Source of the DNA: Acidimicrobiales bacterium
GTDB taxonomy: Bacteria; Actinomycetota; Acidimicrobiia; Acidimicrobiales; AC-9
Direction: 5' to 3'
Assembly (NCBI GenBank): GCA_051984395.1
Contig: JBPYEZ010000124.1
Span: forward strand, 1-48,440
DNA: 48,440 bases
Shown: positions 1-9,350 of the stretch, piece after piece
Layout of the letters: the number at the start of each line of letters is the position of its first letter
Position numbering within the stretch: position 1 is the stretch's first letter
Translations under genes and position numbers: made by a program
The notes under the pieces: model-generated
What the model saw: the letters and a program-made list of their open reading frames with translations, nothing else
Told to the model about the DNA's origin: nothing
Database searches by the model: none

Positions 1-100
1 GGGATCGACGCCGTGATCTCAGTCCTCTTCTAGCGAGAAGGACATAGCGGCGGTAGCCGCCGAGAGGCGCGCTGAACAACCCCGCTGACCAGCTAACACG

Positions 101-177
101 TGGTGGGCGCTGGGCGACTCGAACGCCCGACCTCAGCCGTGTGAAGGCTGCGCTCTAACCAACTGAGCTAAGCGCCC
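101..177 (-). tRNA. tRNA-Val (anticodon CAC), CCA encoded
   Basis: Reverse complement GGGCGCTTAGCTCAGTTGGTTAGAGCGCAGCCTTCACACGGCTGAGGTCGGGCGTTCGAGTCGCCCAGCGCCCACCA folds as a cloverleaf; anticodon arm CAGCC-TTCACAC-GGCTG; T-loop GTTCGAGTC. Confidence 0.97.
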
Positions 178-266
178 GGAGGAGCTCCGGCTGACAGCAC
201 ATCGTGCTGGCGGCACCCATCCTACTCTCGGGGTCTCCGTCGACGACGATCGAGCCGAGCCGCTCG

Positions 267-1181
267 TTACCCGAGGCGGTCGGCGCTGTCTCGGTGGGTA
301 TCCCACCCGTTACCGAACGATCCTCGCGGCGGGGCGACGAGCGCGTCCTCCCGCGCGTCAGATCCCGGAGAGCGCACCCACAGGTCCCGCTGGGGGAAGG
401 GCATGGCGATGGCCGCCTCGTCGAGGGCGCGCTTCACGCTCATGGCGACCTCGCTCCGAACCCGCCATGGGTCGGTCGAGTGCCAGAACAGCACCGTGAA
501 CCGCACAGACGAGTCACCGAACTCGTCAACCCACGCGGCCGGTGCCGGAAGCGCCTTCACGCTACTGGCGCGCCTGGCGGCGTCGACCAGGATGCGCTGC
601 GCCTCCTCCAGCTCGATGCCGTAGCCGACGCCAAGCTCGAGGCTCCCCCGTCGCAGCGGCGTCTTGGTGAAGTTGACGATCGGGTTCTCGAGCACGGTCC
701 TGTTGGGGATGAACACGTCGAGCCCGTCGAAGGTGCGCAGAGCGACATTGCGGAGATCGATGTCCTCCACGACGCCCTCGAACTTGTTGTCGAGACGCAC
801 CTGGTCGCCGCGACGGATCGGGCGGCGAGCCTGCAGGAGAACGCCGGCGACAAGGTTCTGCAGGGTGTCCTGCAGCGCGAAAGCCAGGGCGATGCCGCCG
901 ATTCCCAGGGCACCGAGCAGCGGACCGATCTGCACCCGCAGGGCGGCCAGCGCATACACCAGACCGGTCACCACGATCACGTAGGTGACGATCCGGCTGA
1001 CCAGCCGGCCCCATCCCCGGTCCGGATCCCGGCTGGTCGCGCGCATGACAGCCCTCTTGGCCACCTGGACCGCGAGGACCGTCACCCCGAGGATGGCCGC
1101 CACGTGGATCCAGTCCCAGGCCGTGATGCCGTGCGGGACGACCAGGTGGGGCGCTGAAGCTGCTCCCAGCGTCATCGGCAC
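267..1181 (-). CDS. Small-conductance mechanosensitive channel (MscS family)
   Basis: Three TM helices, GALGIGGIALAFALQDTLQNLVAG, RPIRRGD, IPN..VLENPIVNFT and MPFPQR motifs. Confidence 0.92.
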   Translation of the reverse strand: MPMTLGAASAPHLVVPHGITAWDWIHVAAILGVTVLAVQVAKRAVMRATSRDPDRGWGRLVSRIVTYVIVVTGLVYALAALRVQIGPLLGALGIGGIALAFALQDTLQNLVAGVLLQARRPIRRGDQVRLDNKFEGVVEDIDLRNVALRTFDGLDVFIPNRTVLENPIVNFTKTPLRRGSLELGVGYGIELEEAQRILVDAARRASSVKALPAPAAWVDEFGDSSVRFTVLFWHSTDPWRVRSEVAMSVKRALDEAAIAMPFPQRDLWVRSPGSDAREDALVAPPRGSFGNGWDTHRDSADRLG

Positions 1182-1412
1182 GGCATGCTATCGGCCCCCC
1201 ACCACCCCTCTGAACACGCGCCCCCGAGCGATCGGCGCCAGTCGGCGCAGCTCCGCGTGGCTGAGCGATCGATCAGCGCGGCCGATCAGCCGTTCTGGTC
1301 GCGTCTGGGGCCGGCAGATGGCCCTGCAGGCGATCAGAGGGGTCGGGCGGGGGCCGCCCACAGTTCTCATGGGGATGAGGGCCGCGCGGCGCCACCCGCG
1401 AGGGCCGGACGC

Positions 1413-1904
1413 TCAGGTGGTCGTATCGACGATGAGCACGTCGCAGGGGGCGTGGTGGGCCACCTTGTTGGGCACGCTGCCGAGCACGAAGCGAGACCGC
1501 GAGCGCATGCCCACCGAGCCCACGACGATCAGGTCCGCCTTCCACGCCTCCGCCTCGTCGAGCAGGGCGTCGGCCGGCTCCGACGCCACCGACCGCGGGA
1601 GCACCTCGCTCACACCGATCTCCCGGGCGACGGCGGCCGCCTTCTCCGCCACCTCCTGGGCTGCGGCCGAGGCCACCGCCAGCCAGTTCTGGTCCGGCGG
1701 CGTGGCTCCCGCCCACAAGCCCCCGCGGGAGGCTTCCCGGTGGGCGGACAGGACCCGAAGCTCGGCCCCGAAGAGCTTGGCCAGCGTGGCGGCGCGCCGG
1801 ACCGCCAGGGTCGCGGTGGGCGATCCGTCGGTACCGACCACGATCCGCTGGGGCAGGGCCGTGACCTCCCGCTCCCGGGCGCTGGCTGCATCTGTGTCGG
1901 ACAT
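1413..1904 (-). CDS. Universal stress protein (UspA family)
   Basis: RIVVGTDGS, ADLIVVGSVG, FVLGSVPNKVAHHAPCDVLIV; ATG at 1904 with GAGGGGAG RBS. Confidence 0.93.
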   Translation of the reverse strand: MSDTDAASAREREVTALPQRIVVGTDGSPTATLAVRRAATLAKLFGAELRVLSAHREASRGGLWAGATPPDQNWLAVASAAAQEVAEKAAAVAREIGVSEVLPRSVASEPADALLDEAEAWKADLIVVGSVGMRSRSRFVLGSVPNKVAHHAPCDVLIVDTTT

Positions 1905-2133
1905 CTCGTTCTCCCCTCTGCCCGCCGGGACCCCTTGTCCACCGGTGAGGCGCCGGCCGACTACCAGGATGACGCGTCTCGCCGCCTCGTGACGGACATC
2001 CCAGCTCGGCCCCTGCGGCGGCACGCATCCCGGTACTGCCATCCTGTTCACATTGCGGTAACTTCGGGTAAGCCGTCAGGGAGCGGGATGCTTTCGAGCT
2101 ACCGCCTCACGGCGAGGAGGGAGGGCGCTAGCG

Positions 2134-3921
2134 ATGGTGGAGAGCGCGCAGGTCGCCGGAGCGGGGGGCAGAGAGCCGGGCCCCGTCGCCCGCATGCTGT
2201 GGTACCGCCAGCTGAACCGCTACCCGAACACCGGGCCGCGCTACTTCTACCTGGCGATCGTGGTCGTCGGGACGATCATGCTCTACTACCAGTTCTACGT
2301 TCAGGGTGCGGTGGCTCCCCAGATCACCCACCAGCTGAACATGTCGTTCCCGTTCTTCGTCTACATCGTGGTGATCTCCAACGCGGTCGGGGCGTTCGGG
2401 TCGCTGTTCGCCGGCCTCGCCGACCGCTGGGGCCGGGCCAACCTCGTCGCCTACGGCCTGGTGTACACGGGGGCCATGATCGCCTTCGGCGTGCCCAACT
2501 CCCCCAACAAGTACGCCTACATCATCATGTTCTCGTCGGTCGGCTTCGTCGAGGGCATCATGCTGGTGGCGACACCCGCCCTGGTTCGTGACTACTCCCC
2601 TCAGATCGGCCGGGCATCGGCCATGGGCTTCTGGACGCTCGGGCCGGTCGTCGGCAGCCTAATCGTGGCCGAAGTCTCCAGTCGGACGGTCAACCACCTC
2701 CATTTCTGGTACTCCGGCGCGCAGGGGCCCGGGCTGAACGGAGTGGTCTGGCAGGACCAGTACGTCGTCTGTGGATTGATCGGCCTGGCGGTGGCGGCTA
2801 TAGCCGTACTCTTCCTGAAAGAGCTGTCCCCCAATCTCCGAGACCAGCTCATGGTCTCCATGCGCGACAAGGCGTTGGTCGAAGCGCGGGCAAAGGGGCT
2901 CGACCTCAGCGAGGCCCTCCGTCACCCCTGGCGCCAGATGCTGCACCTCGACATCGTGGGCTCAGCTGTCGCCATCAGCGTGTTCCTGATCGTCTACTAC
3001 ACGCTCATCGGCTTCTCGGTCCTGTACTTCGTGTTCGTCTTCGGGTTCAGCACCGCGCAGGCCAACAGCCTCGGGGTCTGGATCTGGGCCTTCGACGCCG
3101 GCGCCCTGGTGCTCGTCGGGATCCTGTCGGACCTGGTGCGGGTGCGGAAGCCGTTCATGGTGGCGGGAGCGCTCGGCGCCATCGCCATGACGTCGCTGTT
3201 CGCCTATCAGACCTACAACGTCCACACCGGCTACTACACCTTCGTGTGGATCCTCACCCTGTTGGCCATCTTCCTCGGCTTCGCATTCTCGCCCTGGATG
3301 GCGAGCTTCACCGAGACGGTCGAGAAACGGAACCCCGCCCTTACCGCCACGGGTCTGGCGGTGTGGGGCTGGATCATCCGCGCCATCATCTCGATCTCGA
3401 TCTTCATCCTCCCCTACGTCGTGACCACCATGACGCCACTGTTCGAGAACGGCCCGCAGGCATACCAGATCCAGGCCCAGTTCCCGGCCCAGGTCCAGAC
3501 CCTCACGAACCTCAACAAGTACGCCGACCCTCAGACGCTCGCCGCGCTCAAAGCCAATCCCAACGACCTCACTGCCGGCCTAAGGGCCGCGAATGAGGTC
3601 GCCAAGAGCACGAACATCAGCGTCGGACAGGCCACCACACAGCTCCTCGCTCTGAAGGCCCTCCCGGCGGCGGACCTCGCGTTCCTCCAGACTCACGGCA
3701 CGCAGGTGCAGAACGCCCTCAACGCCGCCCCGCGCGAGTGGCGGACCTGGTGGTGGGTCTGCGTCGGCTGCGAAGTCGCCTTCATCCCGTTCATCTTCGT
3801 GATGGCCGGCCGCTGGAGCCCGCGTCGGGCCCGCCGTGACGAACGCGAGCACGAGGAGCTCGTGGACCGCGAGCTGGCTGCACTGCACGAGTCGGGCGGC
3901 GTCACACCGGCCCAGGCCTGA
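2134..3921 (+). CDS. MFS transporter with a large soluble loop before the last TM helix
   Basis: Many TM helices; motif A GLADRWGR; second-half GILSDLVRVRK; AGGAGG upstream. Confidence 0.88.
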   Translation: MVESAQVAGAGGREPGPVARMLWYRQLNRYPNTGPRYFYLAIVVVGTIMLYYQFYVQGAVAPQITHQLNMSFPFFVYIVVISNAVGAFGSLFAGLADRWGRANLVAYGLVYTGAMIAFGVPNSPNKYAYIIMFSSVGFVEGIMLVATPALVRDYSPQIGRASAMGFWTLGPVVGSLIVAEVSSRTVNHLHFWYSGAQGPGLNGVVWQDQYVVCGLIGLAVAAIAVLFLKELSPNLRDQLMVSMRDKALVEARAKGLDLSEALRHPWRQMLHLDIVGSAVAISVFLIVYYTLIGFSVLYFVFVFGFSTAQANSLGVWIWAFDAGALVLVGILSDLVRVRKPFMVAGALGAIAMTSLFAYQTYNVHTGYYTFVWILTLLAIFLGFAFSPWMASFTETVEKRNPALTATGLAVWGWIIRAIISISIFILPYVVTTMTPLFENGPQAYQIQAQFPAQVQTLTNLNKYADPQTLAALKANPNDLTAGLRAANEVAKSTNISVGQATTQLLALKALPAADLAFLQTHGTQVQNALNAAPREWRTWWWVCVGCEVAFIPFIFVMAGRWSPRRARRDEREHEELVDRELAALHESGGVTPAQA

Positions 3922-3929
3922 GCCGCTCC

Positions 3930-5327
3930 CTAGATCGGCGCCACGGGGTCGAGGTCGAGCCCTTGCTCGAGGGCGGCTGCGGCGCGGCTGACGACGAGGT
4001 CGCCGTGCTGCGGTCCCACCAGTTGGAGCCCGACGGGCGTCCCCGCCTCCGTGAAGCCGGCGCACACCGTGGCCGCCGGTGACCTGGTGAGATTGAAGGG
4101 ATACGTGAAGCGCACCCAGTTCAGGTCGGCGACGCCGTTGATCATCCCGGGCTCCCCCGAGAGCGGCGCCGGCGCGGCGACGGTCGGCGTGACGAGGAGG
4201 CGGACCTCGTGGAAGAGCTGCACCAGCCGCAGGTTCAGCTCGTGGCAGGCGTCCTCGGCCTTGACCATGTCGGCGGCCGACAGACCACGGGCCCACTCGA
4301 CGGTGGCGGCCAGACCCGGGTCGACCTGCGCCCACGCCTCGGTCCCCACGAAGGGCTCCAGCGTGCGCAGGTTGTAGGCACTGGTCAGGGTCAACCACGG
4401 TTCGATCGGATCCTCGGGGAAGACCTCGTCGACGTCGATCACCTTGGCTCCCAGTTCCTCCATGGTGCGAACGGCCCGCTCGCACACCGCCCGCACCTCG
4501 TCGTCGAGCGGCGCGTACCCGAGCGTCGGGGACCAGGCCACGGCAAACGGCACGTGCGCGTTCTCGAGGGCGGCGGTCCACGAGGCCTCCGGCATCGGCA
4601 GGGAGCGAAGGTCGGTGGGATCGGGGCCGATCACGACGTCGAGGGCCCGGACCAGATCGCCGACCGTCCGCGCCAGCAGGCCCCTCGTCGAGAGATGGTG
4701 CCAGTCGGGAGCGTGGCCACCTCCAGACGGCACCCGGCCGAGGGACGGCTTGAGGCCGGACAGTCCGCACAGCGACGAGGGGATGCGCAGCGACCCTCCC
4801 CCATCGGAGCCCGTCGCCAGCGGCACCATGCCCGCGGCGATGGCCGCGGCGCTGCCTCCCGAGGACCCTCCCGGGCTCCGCTCCAGGTTCCACGGGTTGC
4901 GGGTGGCACCGAAGGTGACATTGTCGGTGTCGGCCTTCCAGCCGAGCTCTGGGGTGTTGGTCTTGCCAACGATCACGCAGCCGGCGGCTCGGAGCCGGTC
5001 GACGAGGAGCGAGTCGGCGCTCGCCGGTGGATGGACGGCGAACACGGCCGAGCCCCGCGTCGTCAGGAACCCCTCGGCCTCCTCGAGGTCCTTGACGCCG
5101 ACCGGGATGCCGGCCAGGGGACCCACCCGCTCGCCCTTGACCACTGCCCCGTCGACCGCCCGGGCTGCCGCCATGGCCCCTGCCTCGTCGACGGCGACGA
5201 AGGCATTCACTCGATCGTCGAGCGCATCGATGCGCTCCAGCGCGTGACCGACCAGCTCCTCTGCCGACCGTTCGCCCGTACGTACGCCCTCGGCCAGCTC
5301 CGGCAACGTCTCCCGTCGAAAGTCCAT
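3930..5327 (-). CDS. Amidase (amidase signature family)
   Basis: GIPVGVKD, GKTNTPE, PGGSSGGSAAA, GSDGGGSLRIP (Lys-Ser-Ser triad). Confidence 0.93.
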   Translation of the reverse strand: MDFRRETLPELAEGVRTGERSAEELVGHALERIDALDDRVNAFVAVDEAGAMAAARAVDGAVVKGERVGPLAGIPVGVKDLEEAEGFLTTRGSAVFAVHPPASADSLLVDRLRAAGCVIVGKTNTPELGWKADTDNVTFGATRNPWNLERSPGGSSGGSAAAIAAGMVPLATGSDGGGSLRIPSSLCGLSGLKPSLGRVPSGGGHAPDWHHLSTRGLLARTVGDLVRALDVVIGPDPTDLRSLPMPEASWTAALENAHVPFAVAWSPTLGYAPLDDEVRAVCERAVRTMEELGAKVIDVDEVFPEDPIEPWLTLTSAYNLRTLEPFVGTEAWAQVDPGLAATVEWARGLSAADMVKAEDACHELNLRLVQLFHEVRLLVTPTVAAPAPLSGEPGMINGVADLNWVRFTYPFNLTRSPAATVCAGFTEAGTPVGLQLVGPQHGDLVVSRAAAALEQGLDLDPVAPI

Positions 5328-5392
5328 CGCCGGAGCCTATGGCCGGCGCGCCCCGGTTGCTCGAAGCCAGGCGCGCCGGCCAGCATCGCACG

Positions 5393-6226
5393 ATGATCTC
5401 CGACACCCGTCTGGACCACGTTGCCGTGGCCGTCGAAGACCACGCGGACGCCTGGCCCCGGTACGCGGGCGACCTCGGCGGCCGATGGCTCAGCAGTGGA
5501 CCGGGCCCCGGCTTCTCACCAGCTCAGCTGGAGTATGCGGGCGGGAAGAAGATCGAGTTCCTGGCTCCCCATCGGGTCGCCGACAACGACTTCCTCCGCC
5601 GCTTCCTCGACCGCAACGGGCCCGGACCGCACCATCTCACCTTCAAGGTGGGCGACATCGAGGAGGCCCTGACCGAGGCCAGCCTCGCCGGGTACGCCCC
5701 GATGAATGTCGACCTCAGCGAACCGAGCTGGAGGGAGGCGTTCCTCCACCCCAAAGACGCCACGGGGGTGCTGGTCCAGCTCGCCCAGTCCGCCGGGCAG
5801 TGGCGGACGCCGCCCCCGGACGATCTACCTGCGCCGCGCACGCCCGAACCCGCGGACCTCGTGCACGTCGCCCACGCCGTGGCTTCCCTGGACGAAGGGC
5901 TCCGACTCTTCTCGGCGCTGCTCGGCGGCCGGGAGGAGCGCAAGGGGGCGACCGACCATCACCGGTGGGTGGACCTGGTGTGGCCGCAAAGCGGACGAGT
6001 ACGTCTGGTGGCCCCGGCGTCCGAAGGAAGCCCGCTGTGGTCGTGGATCGGCGCCCGCGCCGGCCGGGTCCTGCACCTCGGGTTCTCGTGCGACGACCCC
6101 GGAGGCATGCGGGGCGCCCGGCCTCACGGATCGGCGTGGTCGGTGGAGGCGCCCGACAACCTCGGCACCGGCCTCGTGGTGGTGCCCACCGGCAGCGACG
6201 CCTTCGACGAGGGCCCGCAGCTCTGA
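5393..6226 (+). CDS. VOC/glyoxalase-fold protein (methylmalonyl-CoA epimerase-like), two domains
   Basis: LDHVAVAV, GPGPHHLTFKV, EAFLHPKDATGVLVQL; second HVAHAV repeat. Confidence 0.85.
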   Translation: MISDTRLDHVAVAVEDHADAWPRYAGDLGGRWLSSGPGPGFSPAQLEYAGGKKIEFLAPHRVADNDFLRRFLDRNGPGPHHLTFKVGDIEEALTEASLAGYAPMNVDLSEPSWREAFLHPKDATGVLVQLAQSAGQWRTPPPDDLPAPRTPEPADLVHVAHAVASLDEGLRLFSALLGGREERKGATDHHRWVDLVWPQSGRVRLVAPASEGSPLWSWIGARAGRVLHLGFSCDDPGGMRGARPHGSAWSVEAPDNLGTGLVVVPTGSDAFDEGPQL

Positions 6227-6335
6227 GCGAGCTTCAAGGCGCTAGCCCCCCGAGAGGTAGCGTGGACGAAATGGAGAGCGCCTCCGCCACCTGCCCTCTC
6301 CCCGGTGCGTCGTTGCCGCCGGGCCCGGCGGCGTC

Positions 6336-6863
6336 GTGAACCCCCTGGACCAGCGACAGCGCCAGGTCACGCTGGCCGGCGCTGGCCTCGCTGCAGTGGT
6401 GGTCCTCGCCATCTGGATCCCGCAGCTCGGCGCCCACGTGCGCAAGGGCCAGGTCTCCCCCGGTCTGGCTCTGGTCAGCGGGCTCATCCTGGCCGGCCTC
6501 CTCGCCTCCTCTCTTCTCATCAACAAGCGCTACATCTCGGGCCTGGCCGCCCTGTTCCTCGCCTTCGTCGGCCCCTGGGGCAACTACCCCCTGCTCGCCA
6601 TTCCCTACGCCGGGTTGGCCGGCTGGCTGGTGATCACCGCCGGCCGCCAGGCCCGGGAGGAGGCGGCCAAGAAGCGCGAGGCGGCCGGCGACGCCGCTCC
6701 GTCGGCCCGAGGCAGGGGCAGCGCACCGGCCCGGACCTCGGGCTCGCAGGCCAGCTCCCGCCCCAGAGGCGGTGGCCTGCTGCGCCGGGGCCAGCGCGAC
6801 GAGAGCCCCACCCGGCGCAAGCCACCACCTGCTTCGAGGCGCTACACGCCGCCCAAGAGCTGA
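6336..6863 (+). CDS. Hypothetical membrane protein with basic C-terminal tail
   Basis: 3-4 hydrophobic segments followed by an Arg/Pro-rich tail ending RRYTPPKS. Confidence 0.7.
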   Translation: MNPLDQRQRQVTLAGAGLAAVVVLAIWIPQLGAHVRKGQVSPGLALVSGLILAGLLASSLLINKRYISGLAALFLAFVGPWGNYPLLAIPYAGLAGWLVITAGRQAREEAAKKREAAGDAAPSARGRGSAPARTSGSQASSRPRGGGLLRRGQRDESPTRRKPPPASRRYTPPKS

Positions 6864-7013
6864 GGGTGGCCCTGGCGCCTGTCACCAACCCGACACCTGC
6901 GGCGTCCAAGGTGACATCGACCAACCCGGCCGAGGAGGCCGGCCCAACGACGCCGCCCGGCCCCCGAGGCCGGCCCGTGGAGGCGGATCGACGCCGGATG
7001 CTAGAGAGGTGCC

Positions 7014-9350
7014 GTGATCGGTGAAGCCCTGGCGGGCAAGCGCGTCGCAGTGACCGGTGCCACCGGCTTTCTCGGCACCGCCCTGGTCGAGCGGCTCCTC
7101 AGGAGTGTTCCCGACTGCGAGGTCGCCGTCCTGGTACGGCCCGGGCGTCGCGCCACCGCCGCCCACCGCCTGCAGCGGGAGATCCTGCGCAACGACTGCT
7201 TCAACCGGCTTCGGGCCGAGCTCGGCGACCGCTTCGACGCCGACACCTCGCGGCGGGTCCACGTCATCCAGGGAGACGTCGGCCAAGAGCGGCTGGGTCT
7301 CGACCCCGACGGCGCCGCGCTCCTCGCCGGCTGCGACGTGGTCATCCACTCGGCCGCCACGGTGAGCTTCGACGCGCCGCTGGACACCGCCGTGGAGGTC
7401 AACCTGCTCGGACCGTCCCGCGTCGCCGAGGCCCTGGGCACCGGGGCGAGCGATCCCCATCTGATCGCTGTCTCCACCGCCTACGTCGCCGGCACCCGAC
7501 GGGGAGACGCGCCTGAGGCCCTGCTGACCGACACCGCCTACGCCACGCAGGCCGACTGGCGGGCCGAGGTCGCCGCTGCCCGACGGGCCCGCTCCGATGC
7601 CGACGCCGAGAGCCGCAGCCCTGAGCGCCTGGCCCGCTTCACCAAGGAGGCGAGAGCCGAGCTCGGCGCCGCCGGCGGCCCCCTGCTCGCCGAGCGGGCG
7701 GAGCGCCTGCGCGACGAGTGGGTGAAGGAGCGCCTCGTCACGCTCGGCCGCACCCGGGCCCAGTCGTTGGGCTGGCCCGACGCCTACGCCTACACCAAGG
7801 CGCTCGGCGAGCGGGCCCTCCTCGAGAGCCGTGGAGACCTTCCGCTCACGATCGTTCGACCATCGATCATCGAGTCGGCCCTGGCCGAGCCCCATCCCGG
7901 ATGGATCAGAGGGTTCCGCATGGCCGAGCCCGTGATCATCTCCTACGCACGGGGCCTGCTCGGGCAGTTCCCCGGCGTGCCCGAGGGCGTGGTCGACGTC
8001 ATCCCCGTGGACCTGGTCGTGGCCGCCATCCTGGCCGTGGCGGCCGAGGGCCCAGGCGAGCAGCCGGACGTGTACCAGGTCGCCTCGGGCGCGAGGAACC
8101 CCCTGCGCTACGACCACCTGGTGAGCCTGGCCGAGTCGTGGTTCACCGACCACCCGTTGTACGACTCGCGCGGCCAGCCCATCGTGGTGCCCAAGTGGTC
8201 CTTCCCCGGGCGGGGCAAGGTGCAGCGCCAGCTGAGCCGGGCCGGCAAGGGCCTGGAGGCAGCGGAGCGAGTGATGGGTGCCCTTCCGCTGCGGGGCCGC
8301 CGCGCCGAGCTGAGCTCACATCTGGAGGAGCGACGACAGCAGGCCGAGCGGGCGCTCAGCTATGTCGAGCTGTACGGCTCCTACGCCGAGACCGAGGCGC
8401 GCTTCCGGGTCGACCGCCTGCTTGCGCTGTGGGACCGGACCGACGACGCCGACCGGCGGACGCTGTGCTTCGACCCCGCTGTCATCGACTGGGCCTATTA
8501 CCTCCACGAGGTGCACCTGCCGTCGGTCGTCACCCAGGCCCGCGTCCGGACGACGCCGGGAACGCGGGTCGGCCCGACCCGCGCCGAGCGTGGATTGCGA
8601 GCGGTTCTGGCCCCCGAGCGTCATCTCGCCGCCTTCGACCTGGAGAACACGCTCATCGCCTCGAATGTCGTCGAGTCCTACGCGTGGCTGGCGACCCGAC
8701 ATCTCAACGAGGGTGACCGGCTCCGCTTCACGCTCCGGACGCTTCGCGAGGTACCGGGGATGCTGGCCCTCGACCGCCGGGACCGGGGCGACTTCCTGCG
8801 CGCCTTCTACCGCCACTACGACGAGGCGCCAGCCGAGCAGGTGCGGGCCGACGCGTGGGAGATGTTCAGCGCCCTCATCCTGGCCAAGTCGTTCCCGGCC
8901 GGTATTCGCCGGGTGCGCGACCACCGCAGCCGGGGGCACCGGACGCTGCTCATCACCGGAGCCATCGATCTCGTCGTCGAGCCGCTGCGGCCCCTCTTCG
9001 ACGACATCGTCTGCGCCCGGCTCGCCGAGCGCGACGGTCACCTCGTCGGCGAGCTCGTCGAGCCCCCGCCCACGGGCGAAGCCCGGGCGATGGTGATGGC
9101 CGCCTACGCCGAGGCCGAGGGCCTGTCCCTCTCCGAGTCGGTGGCCTACGCCGACTCGAGCAGCGACCTGCCCATGCTGGAAGCGGTGGGCCACCCCGTC
9201 GCCGTCAACCCCGAGGCCAAGCTGGCGACCATCGCCCGCAAGCGTGGCTGGCACGTGGAGAACTGGAGCAGGTCACCTGGCGCACCTCGCCACCTGCTTC
9301 CTTTCGCCCCATCGTCGGCGCGCCACGCCGGTGCGGCGGCAGGGCGATGA
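7014..9350 (+). CDS. Fatty acyl-CoA reductase (extended SDR) fused to a HAD-IB hydrolase domain
   Basis: TGATGFLG, HSAATVSFD, VSTAYV, YAYTK, DVIPVD; C-terminal AAFDLENTL, LLITGA, AYADSSSDLPML, AVNP. Confidence 0.88.
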   Translation: MIGEALAGKRVAVTGATGFLGTALVERLLRSVPDCEVAVLVRPGRRATAAHRLQREILRNDCFNRLRAELGDRFDADTSRRVHVIQGDVGQERLGLDPDGAALLAGCDVVIHSAATVSFDAPLDTAVEVNLLGPSRVAEALGTGASDPHLIAVSTAYVAGTRRGDAPEALLTDTAYATQADWRAEVAAARRARSDADAESRSPERLARFTKEARAELGAAGGPLLAERAERLRDEWVKERLVTLGRTRAQSLGWPDAYAYTKALGERALLESRGDLPLTIVRPSIIESALAEPHPGWIRGFRMAEPVIISYARGLLGQFPGVPEGVVDVIPVDLVVAAILAVAAEGPGEQPDVYQVASGARNPLRYDHLVSLAESWFTDHPLYDSRGQPIVVPKWSFPGRGKVQRQLSRAGKGLEAAERVMGALPLRGRRAELSSHLEERRQQAERALSYVELYGSYAETEARFRVDRLLALWDRTDDADRRTLCFDPAVIDWAYYLHEVHLPSVVTQARVRTTPGTRVGPTRAERGLRAVLAPERHLAAFDLENTLIASNVVESYAWLATRHLNEGDRLRFTLRTLREVPGMLALDRRDRGDFLRAFYRHYDEAPAEQVRADAWEMFSALILAKSFPAGIRRVRDHRSRGHRTLLITGAIDLVVEPLRPLFDDIVCARLAERDGHLVGELVEPPPTGEARAMVMAAYAEAEGLSLSESVAYADSSSDLPMLEAVGHPVAVNPEAKLATIARKRGWHVENWSRSPGAPRHLLPFAPSSARHAGAAAGR

